Assembly (NCBI RefSeq): GCF_032444005.1
Contig: NC_091289.1
Span: 179,676,001-179,740,000, forward strand
From: Ranitomeya imitator
Taxonomy: Eukaryota
Direction of reading: 5' to 3'
DNA: 64,000 nucleotides
This document shows, in pieces, positions 37,901 through 48,913 of the stretch. The notes under the pieces were generated by a model that did no database searches, was not told the DNA's origin, and saw only the letters and a program-made list of their open reading frames with translations. The position numbers and the translations under genes are program-made. The first letter of the stretch is position 1. Every line of letters starts with the position of its first letter.

Positions 37901-39825
37901 TGCAGAACTACTCACGGCAGACGGATTGCGGAGTGAAGCTGACCAGCTTGATGCATGGACCTCTGGCGAGAAGTGGACCCTTAGGCAGGAGGGTAGAATG
38001 GCCTCCTGGCGCAATTTTGCCGATCTGCGGCTGTCTTGTATCCTGTGTGGAGGAGAGGGCTCGTGGCTAGGGAGTCCCAAGATGGCGCTGGTGGGCAGGG
38101 AAAAGAGTCGGTGCCTCAGTGCAATTGTCGGGCGGGAGAAAAGCCCGCCCGATGAAAGAGGGAAGGGGGCGGAGCCCGCCACCGGAAGTAGGCCCGGGCA
38201 GAAGCCGGGGCCTAAATTAGGAATAGGAGACCGGCGGAGAAGGGCCGCGGCGTAGGCCCAGTGCGCCGCATGGAGGAAGCGATGCGGCAGGTGAGCGACC
38301 GTTAACAGCGGCCGCATGCCCAAGCGGTGTGGCGACCTGGCAGGCCGCCACGCTGAGGGAGAAGGAACGGCCGCTTACCGTGGCCGGATGGTAGTGGTGG
38401 AGAAATGCGGCGGCTGTCAGAGCCCCCGCGCTGATGAAAAAGAATGGCCGCTGTAGGAGCAGGGAGAACGCAGGGGGCCAAAGCGATGCGGCGACTGGCA
38501 AAGCCGCCGCGCTCAGAGGAAAGGAACGGACGCTTACAGCGCCGGAGCAGGGAAGCCGCAGGGGCCCGAAGCGGTGTGGCACGGCCGCGCTATTAAGGAG
38601 GCTGCTGAGAGCACAGCGCAGTGACAGATAATAAGCGGCGCGGTAGACCGAAAAGGCAGCCGCGCCGGAACTAGGAGAGAGGGCGGCCGCAGCCGAATAG
38701 GCGCGGCGGCTGGGAACAAATGTGACCCACATAATGAACCCCTTAACAGGCACCCCCTTTTTGAGGAAACAGGGCCGCAGAAAAAAATAATAAATAAAAA
38801 ATACTCACCTTAGACATCCCACGCCGGTACTAACCTGGAAAAAATGAGACGTCCAGGGAGCTGATGGACGTCCTCGTCTCCGCAACCGACAGGCTCTGGT
38901 GGGCGAGTGGGTGGGGGACGGAGCCAGGACCGGACTTCTAAGCACGCTGGTGTGCTAGGATCTTGGTCCTGGTGAGGGATCTATGAGGATATGGGGTGGC
39001 AGTACACGCCGTACTCATAGTCCGCATTGTGGGAGTACAGGTGTGACTGCTCACCCTGTATCCCTCCGGAAAAACCTGAAAAGAAACGACGCACATTGAG
39101 GTAGATAAGGGTCTAATGAAAGACCCGTGTCCACCTCCTACTGACACTAAGCTAAACTGAAGAGTATAATGCCAGTCGGTGGGGTGTATACTGCAGAGGA
39201 GGAGCTTTTTTATTTGCATAGTGTCAGCCTCCTAGTGGCAGCAGCATACACCCATGGTTCCTGTGTCCCCCAATGAGAGGCGATAAAGAAAAGGTCCAGG
39301 CCATTCCGACACGACCAGCGATCTCACAGCAGGGGCCTGGTCGCTGCTACGTGTCAAACATAGCGAGATCGCTACTGAGGTCGCTGTTGCGTCACAAAAC
39401 TTGTGACTCAGCAGCGATCTCGCTAGCGACCTCGCTTAGTGTGAAGTAGCCTTAAGCCCCTGATGCCAGTGGGCTTAGCTCACCTTCGATTTTGGGTGTG
39501 ACAGGTTCCATTTAAACAACAACCACAAGACGGATTTCATCACCAGGTATCATTGTAATCAGTATAACGGCGCCAACCTGACACTGTAGGTTACTGTGCA
39601 AAATCCTGCTGACAGGTTCCCTTTAAGAATTCGCTGAGCTCAGCTTGTTTTTCGTTTTTTTTTCTCAATGCCAGTTGCTCTGTCTCTGCTCTGTGTATAT
39701 AATTGTGTTTCTTCTTGATACTTTGTGACACCCGGCGCCTGATGACCAGAACTCAGAAGTCTGGAAAGCTGCTCGGTAACATCACTGATCAGTCATTAAA
39801 GGTCTCATAACTACGAGTTTATTAT

Positions 39826-40400
39826 GTATCACACAGGAGAGGATGAGATACACAGCTCACAGTCAGTATCACACAGGATAAGATTAGATACACAGCTCAT
39901 CAGACAGTATCACACAGGACAGGATTAGATACACAGCTCAGCAGATATCACACAGGACAGGATTAGATACACAGCTCAGCAGACAGTATCACACAGGACA
40001 GGATTAGATACACAGCTCACAGTCAGTATCACACAGGACAGGATTAGATACACAGCTCAGCAGATATCACACAGGACAGGATTAGATACACAGCTCAGCA
40101 GACAGTATCACACAGGACAGGATTAGATACACAGCTCAGCAGACAGTATCACACAGGACAGGATTAGATACACAGCTCAGACAGTATCATACAGGATAGG
40201 ATTAGATACACAGGCCAGCATACAGTATCACAGTTTAGGATTAGATACACGGCTCAGCAGACAGTATCACACAGGATAAGATTAGATACATAGCTCAGCA
40301 GTCAGTATCACACAGGACTAGATACACGACTCAGCAGACAGTATCACACAGGATAGGAATAGATACACAGCTCAGCAGACAGTATCAGATGTTGCAGGCT
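39826..40400. repeat. Tandem minisatellite, 38-41-bp unit (~14 copies)
   Basis: CAGTATCACACAGGACAGGATTAGATACACAGCTCAGCAGA repeated head-to-tail. Confidence 0.92.
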
Positions 40401-40479
40401 TAGATACATCAGCTCACTGTTCCTGGGGTGTTATACGGTGATTAGTGAGGAGCAGATATAACCTCACATCAGTAGACGC

Positions 40480-40613
40480 TCTGCAGTTGGAGCATGCTCA
40501 GTACCGTCTGCCCACACTTCTTCTGGCTTCCTTGCCCACAGGAAGTAAACCTGTGTGTGACTTCCTGTTTATGACCTTTGCACTGCAGCAGTTCCGTAAA
40601 GCAGGCGGTGGAG
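40480..40613 (+). promoter_or_regulatory. TMEM69: Probable TMEM69 promoter and non-coding first exon (donor at 40614)
   Basis: Opposed ETS sites GGAAGT (40541) and ACTTCCTG (40560); donor GAG|GTGAGT; lies upstream of the first coding exon. Confidence 0.55.
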
Positions 40614-41175
40614 GTGAGTGTCAGTGTCAGTGCGGTGTTGCTTGTAGCTGTAATGTGTGGGCCCCTCCAGGTCCTGAGTACACAGCACACAGTCTGTCTC
40701 CGGTCTGCAGGGCGCATGTCTCGGGGCCATTCAGGGGTCTCAGTATCTGGTCCTGGGCTGGGGAATGAGGCCATCTATAATGACAGAGCGGCGACCAGTG
40801 CCCAGCCCCCCACAGTCCAGGCTCATTTCCCAATAATCAGCAAGTCGAAACTATTGAGCTCAGCGGGCGACATTTCTAGGTGCCTAAACGTCATTATTGT
40901 CGGCAGCACATTGTACACGTGCTGCCGAGAACAGTGGCAGCCTATGCGCATTGAGCGCTCTTTTACCGTTCCGTCATTCTGCCGATCGGCCAATGTGTTC
41001 ATTTAATGGCGTCATCATCAATCTGATAATATAAGGGGTTCTCCACATCTGGGGACACTGCCATACTTTTTTTTTTTTAAAAGCATATTTTGGGCTAGAA
41101 ATCATTTTTTGCCATTAGTGCAAAACTGATGACACCTATTTGCCTCCGTGCTGCACTGTACACCGCTGCCTGCAG

Positions 41176-41825
41176 AATGAGTTATCTGAGAACCTGTCAG
41201 TGAGCTTCCTCCGGCCGCAGACATTCAGCACAGTGATGGCAATGAGTTATCTGAGAACCTGTCAGTGAGCTTCCTCCGGCCGCAGACATTCAGCACAGTG
41301 ATGGCAATGAGTTATCTGAGAACCTGTCAGTGAGCTTCCTCCGGCCGCAGACATTCAGCACAGTGATGGCAATGAGTTATCTGAGAACCTGTCAGTGAGC
41401 TTCCTCCGGCCGCAGACATTCAGCACAGTGATGGCAATGAGTTATCTGAGAACCTGTCAGTGAGCTTCCTCCGGCCGCAGACATTCAGCACAGTGATGGC
41501 AATGAGTTATCTGAGAACCTGTCAGTGAGCTTCCTCCGGCCGCAGACATTCAGCACAGTGATGGGAATGAGTTATCTGAGAACCTGTCAGTGAGCTTCCT
41601 CAGGCCGCAGACATTCAGCACAGTGATGGCAATGAGTTATCTGAGAACCTGTCAGTGAGCTTCCTCCGGCCGCAGACATTCAGCACAGTGATGACAATGA
41701 GTTATCTGAGAATCTGTCAGTGAGCTTCCTCAGGCCGCAGACATTCAGCACAGTGATGGCAATGAGTTATCTGAGAATCTGTCAGTGAGCTTCCTCAGGC
41801 CGCAGACATTCAGCACAGTGATGGG
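41176..41825. repeat. Homogeneous 65-bp tandem array, 10 copies
   Basis: AATGAGTTATCTGAGAACCTGTCAGTGAGCTTCCTCCGGCCGCAGACATTCAGCACAGTGATGGC at 41176, 41241, 41306...41761. Confidence 0.95.
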
Positions 41826-42255
41826 CACTGACACAACTCATCTGCTCGGGACAGGAGCTGTAATCAGCCTTCTGCTCCGCCGGGAACTACAAGACACAGG
41901 CTACTTCCAGTCTGCACTTCTTTGGAGAAGGCGCACGCAGGGGATGTGGCGCGGTGCAGTGATGCGGTCGCGTCATCAAGCATTCACTGCGGCACTTCAT
42001 GAGGCATAGAAGAGGAGACTGTGGACTGGAGCCTGGATTAGGTGAATAGAAGCTGCTTTTTTAATTATATTACTTGTCCATAGAATGAGGGTCTCTGCTC
42101 GGTGGGCAGCAAAGTATAGGGGAAACTGTGATGGTCATACTGTTTGGGAGTGCTGTTTGTGGGCCATATTATATGGGGTGCTCTGGGGGTCATCATAGTA
42201 TGCATGGGGGACAATGGTGGGCATACTATTTATGGGGGGGTCATCATACTATACA

Positions 42256-43815
42256 CAGTACCTTGTGAAAGTATTCGGCCCCCTGGAACTTTTCAACCTT
42301 TTCCCACATATCATGCTTCAAACATAAAAACACCAAATGTAAGTTTTTGGTGAAGAAGCAACAAGTGGAACACAATTGTGAAGTTGAACAAAATTTATTG
42401 GTTATTTTAAATTTTTGCGGAAATTCAAAAACTGAAAAGTGGGGCGTGCAATATTATTCAGCCCCTTTAACTTAATACTTTGTTGCGCCACCTTTTGCTG
42501 CGATTACAAGTCGCTTGTCTCTATCAGTTTTATACATCGAGAGACTGAAATTCTCGCCCGTTCTTCCTTGGCAAACAGCTCGAGCTCAGTGAGGTTTGAT
42601 GGAGATCGTTTGTGAACAGCAGTTTTCATCTCTTTCCACAGATTCTCGATTGGATTGAGGTCTGGACTCTGACTTGGCCATTCTAACACCTGGATACGTT
42701 TCTTTGTGAACCATTCCATTGTGGATTTTGCTTTATGTTTGGGATCATTGTCTTTTTGGAAGATAAATCTCCGTCCCAGTCTCAGGTCTTTTGCAGACTC
42801 CAACAGGTTTTCTTCAAGAATGGTCCTGTATTTGGCTCCATCCATCTTCCCATCAATTTTAACCATCTTCCCTGTCCCTGCTGAAGAAAAGCAGGCCCAA
42901 ACCATGATGCTGCCACCACCATGTTTGACAGTGGGGATGGTGTGTTCAGGGTGATGAGCTGTGTTGCCTTTACCCCAAACATATTGCTTGGCATTGTTGC
43001 CAAAAAGTTTGATTTTGGTTTCATCTGACCAGAGCACCTTCTTCCACATGTTTGGTGTCTCCCAGGTGGCTTGTTGCAAACTTTAAACAACACTTTTTAT
43101 GGATATCTTTGAGAATTGGCTTTCTTCTCCCCACTCTTTCATAAAGGCCAGATCTGTGCAGTGTACGACTGATTGTTGTCCTATGGACAGACTGTCCCAC
43201 CTCAGCTGTAGATCTCTGCAGTTCATCCAGAGTGATCATGGGCCTCTTGGCTGCATCTCTGATCAGTCTTCTCCTTGTTTGAGATGAAAGTTTAGAGGGA
43301 CGGCCGGGTCTTGGTAGATTTGCAGTGGTATGACACTCCTTCCATTTCAATATGATCGCTTGCACAGTGCTCCTTGGGATGTTTAAAGTTTTGGAAATCA
43401 TTTTGTATCTAAATCCAGCTTTAAACTTCTCCACAACAGTATCACAGACCTGCCTGTTGTGTTTCTTGGTCTTCATGATGCTCTCTGTGCTTCACACAGA
43501 ACCCTGAGACTATCACAGAGCAGGTGCATTTATACGGAGACTTGATTACACACAGGTGGATTATATTTATCACCATTAGGCATTTAGGACAACATTGGAT
43601 CATTCAGAGATCCACAATGAACTTCTGGAGTGAGTTTGCTGCACTGAAAGTAAAGGGGACGAATAATATTGCACGCCCCACTTTTCAGTTTTTGAATTTC
43701 CACAAAAATTTAAAATGACCAATAAATTTCGGTCCACTTAATTGTGTTTACTTGTTGTTGATTCTTCACCAAAAATTTACATTTGGTATCTTTACCATGA
43801 TATGTGGGAAAAGGG
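42256..43815 (-). mobile_element. Tc1-like DNA transposon with ~200-bp TIRs; frameshifted transposase; right TIR truncated
   Basis: ORFs 43021-43476 (HTH domains) and 42504-43079 (WSDETK, VKHGGGSIMVW, FQKDNDPKH, WPSQSPDLNPIENLW); left end CAGTACCTTGTGAAAGTATTCGGCCCCC. Confidence 0.92.
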
Positions 43816-44339
43816 GTGTGAAGGTAGGGAAATAAATCAAAATAGAGCAGGATAGGGAATTACCACACATACAAACGAAGCAAGTCACTAATAACTCCTC
43901 CAACACTCCTTCTCATAAGAACTCCTCTCCCTCCATTAGCCATGCAGCAAATGCTAGCTCTGACAAAGATTTGTAACAGAGCCCAGATTATAAAGGGAAA
44001 AGGAGTAGGTAATGAGCTCAGCTGTGAGCACAGATATTTCCAACATGGCTGATTAACCCCTATTCTGCCAGAAGGAATAAACACACTTAAAATGAAGGAG
44101 AAGTGCTTCATCTGATCACTGGAGTAGGAGCAGACGCTGCGGTCTTCTGGCTCCACATTGTCGCAGTAACCCCTTGACAGTATTTCTCGTATGACTGATG
44201 CAAAAACCATCAGACATATCCCTATATTATAATGGAGGTCTGTTTATTTTCGGTTGGGGTATCAGCCACATGCTGGACACCTTTATTGAAACCAAATCGG
44301 CCCCTCTATTAGTTTCCATAACTATCCTTGGGTTTGACA

Positions 44340-44625
44340 TTTAAAATATAGGACTTCAGGGATGAATATTGCTATTTTTTCCACTGAATTGTGCAAATGG
44401 TCTGCAAAAATGTGTATAACTTTGAATTTACATTCTATGTTAAAAGAAAAAAAGGTGTTTGGTACCCCGTGTTTAGCCGGTTGAACCATGCCTCTTTTTT
44501 GTGCATATATTTGTGTTTCTCCAGAAACTTTGTTATACCGTGCCTGAGGAAGGGACCTAAGAAGTCCCGAAAGCTGCTCTGTAACATCCATTAAAAGGTA
44601 TAACTACAAGATTATCTTGTTTTTC
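44340..44625 (+). mobile_element. Penelope-like 3' end / pseudo-LTR remnant with minimal hammerhead-like motif
   Basis: CTGAGGA-A-GGGAC-loop-GTCCC-GAAA at 44544-44572, followed by ATTAAA; homologous copies at 29244-29390 (-) and 39627-39800 (+). Confidence 0.6.
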
Positions 44626-44785
44626 ACACTGAGAGCATTATTACTCTGTTAAGTCACATCCCTGAAGTACACCGCTTTTTACTTTTGCGGATGTTTTTGT
44701 GAAGAAGTGGACGTGTTCACCAGAGCTTGTTACCTAACCCATCAGAGGGGGAGGAAGCAGGTGCATTAAGGGTCCGGTTACCTTA

Positions 44786-45178
44786 GGGTACCGTCACACA
44801 GTGGCATTTTGATCGCTACGACGGCACGATTCGTGACGTTCCAGCGATCTCGCTGTGTCTGACACGCTCCTGCGATCAGGGACCCCGCTGAGAATCGTAC
44901 GTCGTAGCAGATCGTTTGAAACTTTCTTTCGTCGTCTAGTGTCCCGCTGTGGCGGCATGATCGCATGGTGTAACAAAGGTGTGCACGATATTGTATACGA
45001 TGTGCGCATAGTAACCAACGGCTTCTACATCGCACATGCGTCATGAAATTATCGCTCCAGCGTCGTACATTGCAAAGTGTGACAGCAGTCTACAACGCTG
45101 GAGCGATATTGTTACGATGCTGGAGCGTCACGGATCGTGCCGTCGTAGCGATCAAAATGCCACTGTGTGACGGTACCC
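44786..45178. mobile_element. Harbinger-type MITE, D-D type (393 bp)
   Basis: Long TIRs, TSD TTA/TTA, near-identical to 25293-25707. Confidence 0.9.
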
Positions 45179-46107
45179 TTAGTCTCTGACCCATTCCTCA
45201 GCTTTGGGGTGGGGGAAGGGCGCCAATGGTTTTATCTACCTAGGGCACCAAAATACCTTGTCCCGACCCTGCACAAACACAAAGTTGCAGAGAATCAAAA
45301 TGCCTGTAAAAAGCCAAACTCTGCAACATTTGAAACCCTATTGCAAAAATTATTTTTAGCTTGAAAAATATGCATTAAGTAAAAAAAAAAATTGTTAGGC
45401 AATCCCTGCATGTGTTGAGGCTGTCAAACATATTTTTCGAGCATGCCGAAGACACTCTGCTAGCACCCGGGCATGCTCAGATAACACCTCATCCCATTAC
45501 GTTCGCTCAACACTAAGGCTAAGTACCATTTCCGTTGCGCCATTCGTCCTATCTTTATGACGAATACTAGTAACATCACTTATAGTCCTTTCTGATACAG
45601 AGGCGCACATAACCATCCTCGTTTTTTTATAAATTATTAGATCGCCTGAGGCGGCCATCCAGAGGGAATTGGTTTTATAGGACATAAAAGTATGCAGTAA
45701 TTGTGGGAATGCTGAAAGCATCTTGCATGTCTCGTATATAACAATATAATAATACCCACCGAACACTTAGTGTCCCTTTCTACCTGAGGTTGAATAGAGC
45801 ATTGGTTTGTATTGCACAAATGATAATATGGAAAAACAATCTATAATCTACTTCCCCTAATAGGGTGCATGTTCAAACATGCCGGAACGCCCAGTCATAT
45901 CGAATTTACCCACATTTTGACTAAGGACATAATCCAAAACGCAAAACCACATATCAGGAATTTCTTTAAATAAAACATGTTTACGATAGATGTTCATTAA
46001 GACCTTAGGGGGATAGAGATTGGAGGGTATCCTAAAATACCCGGATTTGTGGTCACTCCAGCTTTTAATTTTGTCTTTTCTTCATTGTCAGGTGTCGGAT
46101 CTGCACA

Positions 46108-47449
46108 ATGCTGCGTCTGGGTGGAAAGTGTTGGCCATCGGTCCAGCAGGTACAATGAACTCAGCGTTCATCGAAATAAAAACACACTGAGAGGGATATA
46201 ACCAAAGAGGAGGCGCTGCCGTTACTCACAAGCTTTAATAATAAGATCACCTTTTAGGATTTTCTTTGACTGATATTTCCTTCAGTGTAGGTCCAGGACA
46301 GGGGAGAAGTTTTATGCTGTTACTATGATTAGACCCAGTACTAGACTAATACATTGTTACGTATCATCAGCTGTGTCAGTAAGAATAGGTCATGATTAGT
46401 GTTGAGCGAACGTAATGGGATAAGGTGTTATCTGAGCATGCTCGGGTGCTAGCAGAGTGTCTTCGGCATGCTCAAAAAATGTTTGGCAGCCGCAACACAT
46501 GCAGGGATTGCCTAACAAATAGTTAATCCTGACATGTGTTGCGGCTGTCGAACAGCCCCGAGATATGCAGCTGCGGCGACTTGAACATAGTATTCCAGCA
46601 CGCCAAAGACACTCGGTTAACACCCGAGTAGAAGAGCAGCGCTGATATCGTCGTGTCCCGTGCACAATTGGCAGGTATCACACACGTCCTTCGGTGCTGT
46701 AATTCTGATACTGAAAGTTTGTTGTTTTTTTTTTTGTTTTTTTTTTATAGTTTTGTAAAATGTCTGGACCAGGCTGCAGACAAACATCGCACGCGTCCAT
46801 TACCTGGCGGTCGTTTAGGATCCTAGCCTCGCCTAATGCCGCCCTCCACACTCTGCAGCGCTCGGCTCCTCTCCACTGCTGTGGATTACACACCTCCAGC
46901 TCGCTCCACAAGAGAAGACAAAACGCCCAAGAAGAGGAGTTCGACCAGATGATGAAGAATTACAAGGACGAGCTGAGAAAGACGCCAAGGTCGGCTGTGT
47001 ACCTGAGCGTGGCTGGACTGGTCCCGGTGGTAGTTGCTCCTCTCACCATGAATTTTGGGGGTTATTATTACCCAGAAATGGCGTTCCTTCAGCTCGCCAG
47101 TGCCAGCTGCCTGTTATCGTTTTATGGTGGAATTCGTTGGGGTATTTCGGTTCCTGAAAACAGCCCATTCCGGCCAGACTCACTGAACTTCATACTCGGC
47201 GCGTTTCTTCCGTTTGTTGCATGGACAGCTTTGGTAGTGTCAGATGATATTATCGTAGCAGCAGTGACAGTGATTGGTGGATTGGTCGTGGGGGCATTGG
47301 GAGGGTTCGGGATGCTTCCTCCTTTTCCATTTTGGCTTAGTTTTCTGAGAAATATTTGTTTCCTGTTGACCTTCTCCTGTATTCTGGCCACTATGTGGTT
47401 CTTCGCCATCTACCCAGAAAAATCACTGAAAAATCAAAGTCAAAAATAA
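46108..47449 (+). CDS. TMEM69: Transmembrane protein 69; join(46108..46149,46751..47449), 246 aa
   Basis: A 14-codon exon (MLRLGGKCWPSVQQ) splices in phase 0 to a 699-nt exon containing the TMEM69/DUF3429-type motifs LSVAGLVPVVVAP, LLSFYGGIRWG, PENSPFRPD and several hydrophobic helices; lies next to IPP as in other vertebrates. Confidence 0.92.
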
Positions 47450-47940
47450 AAACTGAGTATCTGCGGTTGATCTTTATACCAGAAGTTTTATCACCGATCA
47501 GACACTGAGAACAAAACTACAAGTAGCAACAAAGGTTAAATCCATGTTGGTTTACTCATGGTGTAGTGCCCCTGCGTTATATCTCATCGTTCCCCCGCAC
47601 CAAGGGTCTTGTTGGGGGATCATGATATACATCCTCCGCACTGGTGACTGTACCCTACAGCAGATTCTGAGACCACCCCGGGGGTTCTGAGCACTAGACC
47701 CTCATCACTGCTTTGCAAAGTCCCAATTTGTAGATAATCCAGGATGTGATGAATGAATGACCTCAGACTGAGACATTGTAAAAAGTGCTTTATTATAACA
47801 AATTCAATATTCAGCAGATGCCCGCTCTGCAAAACATATTGACATAAAGTGAAAGGTTTTCAGCAACGGACCTGAAGTAGGTGAGATGATCATTTTTTTT
47901 TGTCCTGCAGAAGTGATGCCTGCTATTCCAGATCCCTTAA

Positions 47941-48209
47941 AAAGGAACCCGTCACCAGTTTTGGCCGATAAGAGATACAGTCATCACCTTTCAGGGCTGA
48001 TATACAGCATTCTATTGCAGGAGGGCAGCATTGCAAGAAGAGCGACCCCCCCCTCAGACCAGACCGCCCCGCAGGTGAGTATAATAAAAGGTCTTTTTCG
48101 TCTCTTACAGGTCGGGTTGGGGGCACATAGACAGCATTATAGAATGCCGTATATCAGCCCTGAAAGGCGGCTGCATCTCATATCGGCCAAAACTGGTGAC
48201 AGGTTCCCA
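47941..48209. mobile_element. Kolobok/T2-like MITE
   Basis: TTAA flanks; AAGGAACCCGTCACCAGTTTTGGCCGATA / TATCGGCCAAAACTGGTGACAGGTTCCCA. Confidence 0.8.
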
Positions 48210-48913
48210 TTAATCAGCAGTTCACTTTTAGCTGTGCAGGGGAAAAATTCTAAAAGTTTATTGCTCCCAGATATCAGCCATTTCAGGCTAAGAAAGTAGA
48301 GATAATCCCGGTGTCACTCATCCCGGTGATGAACCCTGCACTCTCCTATGGATGAAATTGCTGATAACAGGGAGCAATAGATTGCTTGTATGATGGATAA
48401 AAACAACCGTTTCTCATCTATCTGTACTGCTGAGAATCATCAATACGTGTGACAGACCTGAGACGCTCTTCTTATAACACACTCCGGCACTGGAATAACC
48501 TCCAGAGACATTTACATCCCATAACTTCATCCCATCCCTCATACCAGAAGGAGGCGGCAACCTCCTTCCAAAACGCGTTGTATGAATAAACACCCTAGTA
48601 ACTTAATTCACTGGCAGCGCCGGGGTCTACCGCTCCTTTGTTCCTTCATATTTAGATCCCTATGTAACTGATATAAACCAGTGCTCATATAACGCTCTGC
48701 ACTACTAGTACCAGCGGACCCTTGTGTCCAGCAGCCTTTCATTACTTTTCCCATAGCCTATGTTGGTGACTGCCCCAAACTGGCAACAGGTTCTAGTGGG
48801 TCATAGAGCTGGCAAAACCCCCAAACCACTGAAAGAGTCCATGGATGCCACTCAGACACTGCTCCCAACTATTGGTCACTTGACTGACATAAGAAGAACC
48901 TTCTTACCCCCAC

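Larger units (their letters stand above)
33306..39292 (-). mobile_element. DIRS1-type tyrosine-recombinase retrotransposon, full-length (~6 kb) but degenerate
   Basis: Inverted terminal repeats (33355-33480 vs 39155-39275), internal complementary region 33586-33687 joining both termini, RT/RNase H/MT/YR coding remnants on the - strand, no TSD. Confidence 0.93.
32605..39452. mobile_element. Harbinger-type MITE (right arm type C) inserted in the second Kolobok-like element
   Basis: TSD TAA (32602-04, 39453-55), TIRs GGGCCCCGTCACAC / GTGTGAAGTAGCCT. Confidence 0.85.
32040..39511. mobile_element. Second Kolobok/T2-like MITE, inserted into a TTAA in the right arm of the outer one
   Basis: TTAA TSD (32036-39, 39512-15), AGGGAACCTGTCAC termini; removal restores GGATTAAACAACAACCACAAG, the complement of the left arm. 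Confidence 0.88.
31553..39622. mobile_element. Outer Kolobok/T2-like MITE of the nest
   Basis: TTAA TSD (31549-52, 39623-26), AGGGAACCTGT termini, long imperfect TIR arms (31565-31665 vs 39512-39600). Confidence 0.85.

Noticed and set aside
33306-39292. DIRS1 as an autonomous active copy
   Set aside because: Multiple stops and frameshifts in RT, RNase H and YR, including expanded A-runs at 36352-36369 and 36663-36678
39826-41825. 41-bp and 65-bp arrays resembling CRISPR
   Set aside because: Units are contiguous with no unique spacers, no cas genes are present, and the context is eukaryotic
42504-43476. Intact Tc1 transposase
   Set aside because: Split by a frameshift near 43050-43080, has a K in place of the usual H in the QxDND region context, and the right TIR is truncated
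46760-47449. ATG at 46760 as the TMEM69 start
   Set aside because: A strong acceptor at 46750 and an in-phase 14-codon upstream exon give the expected ~246-aa protein
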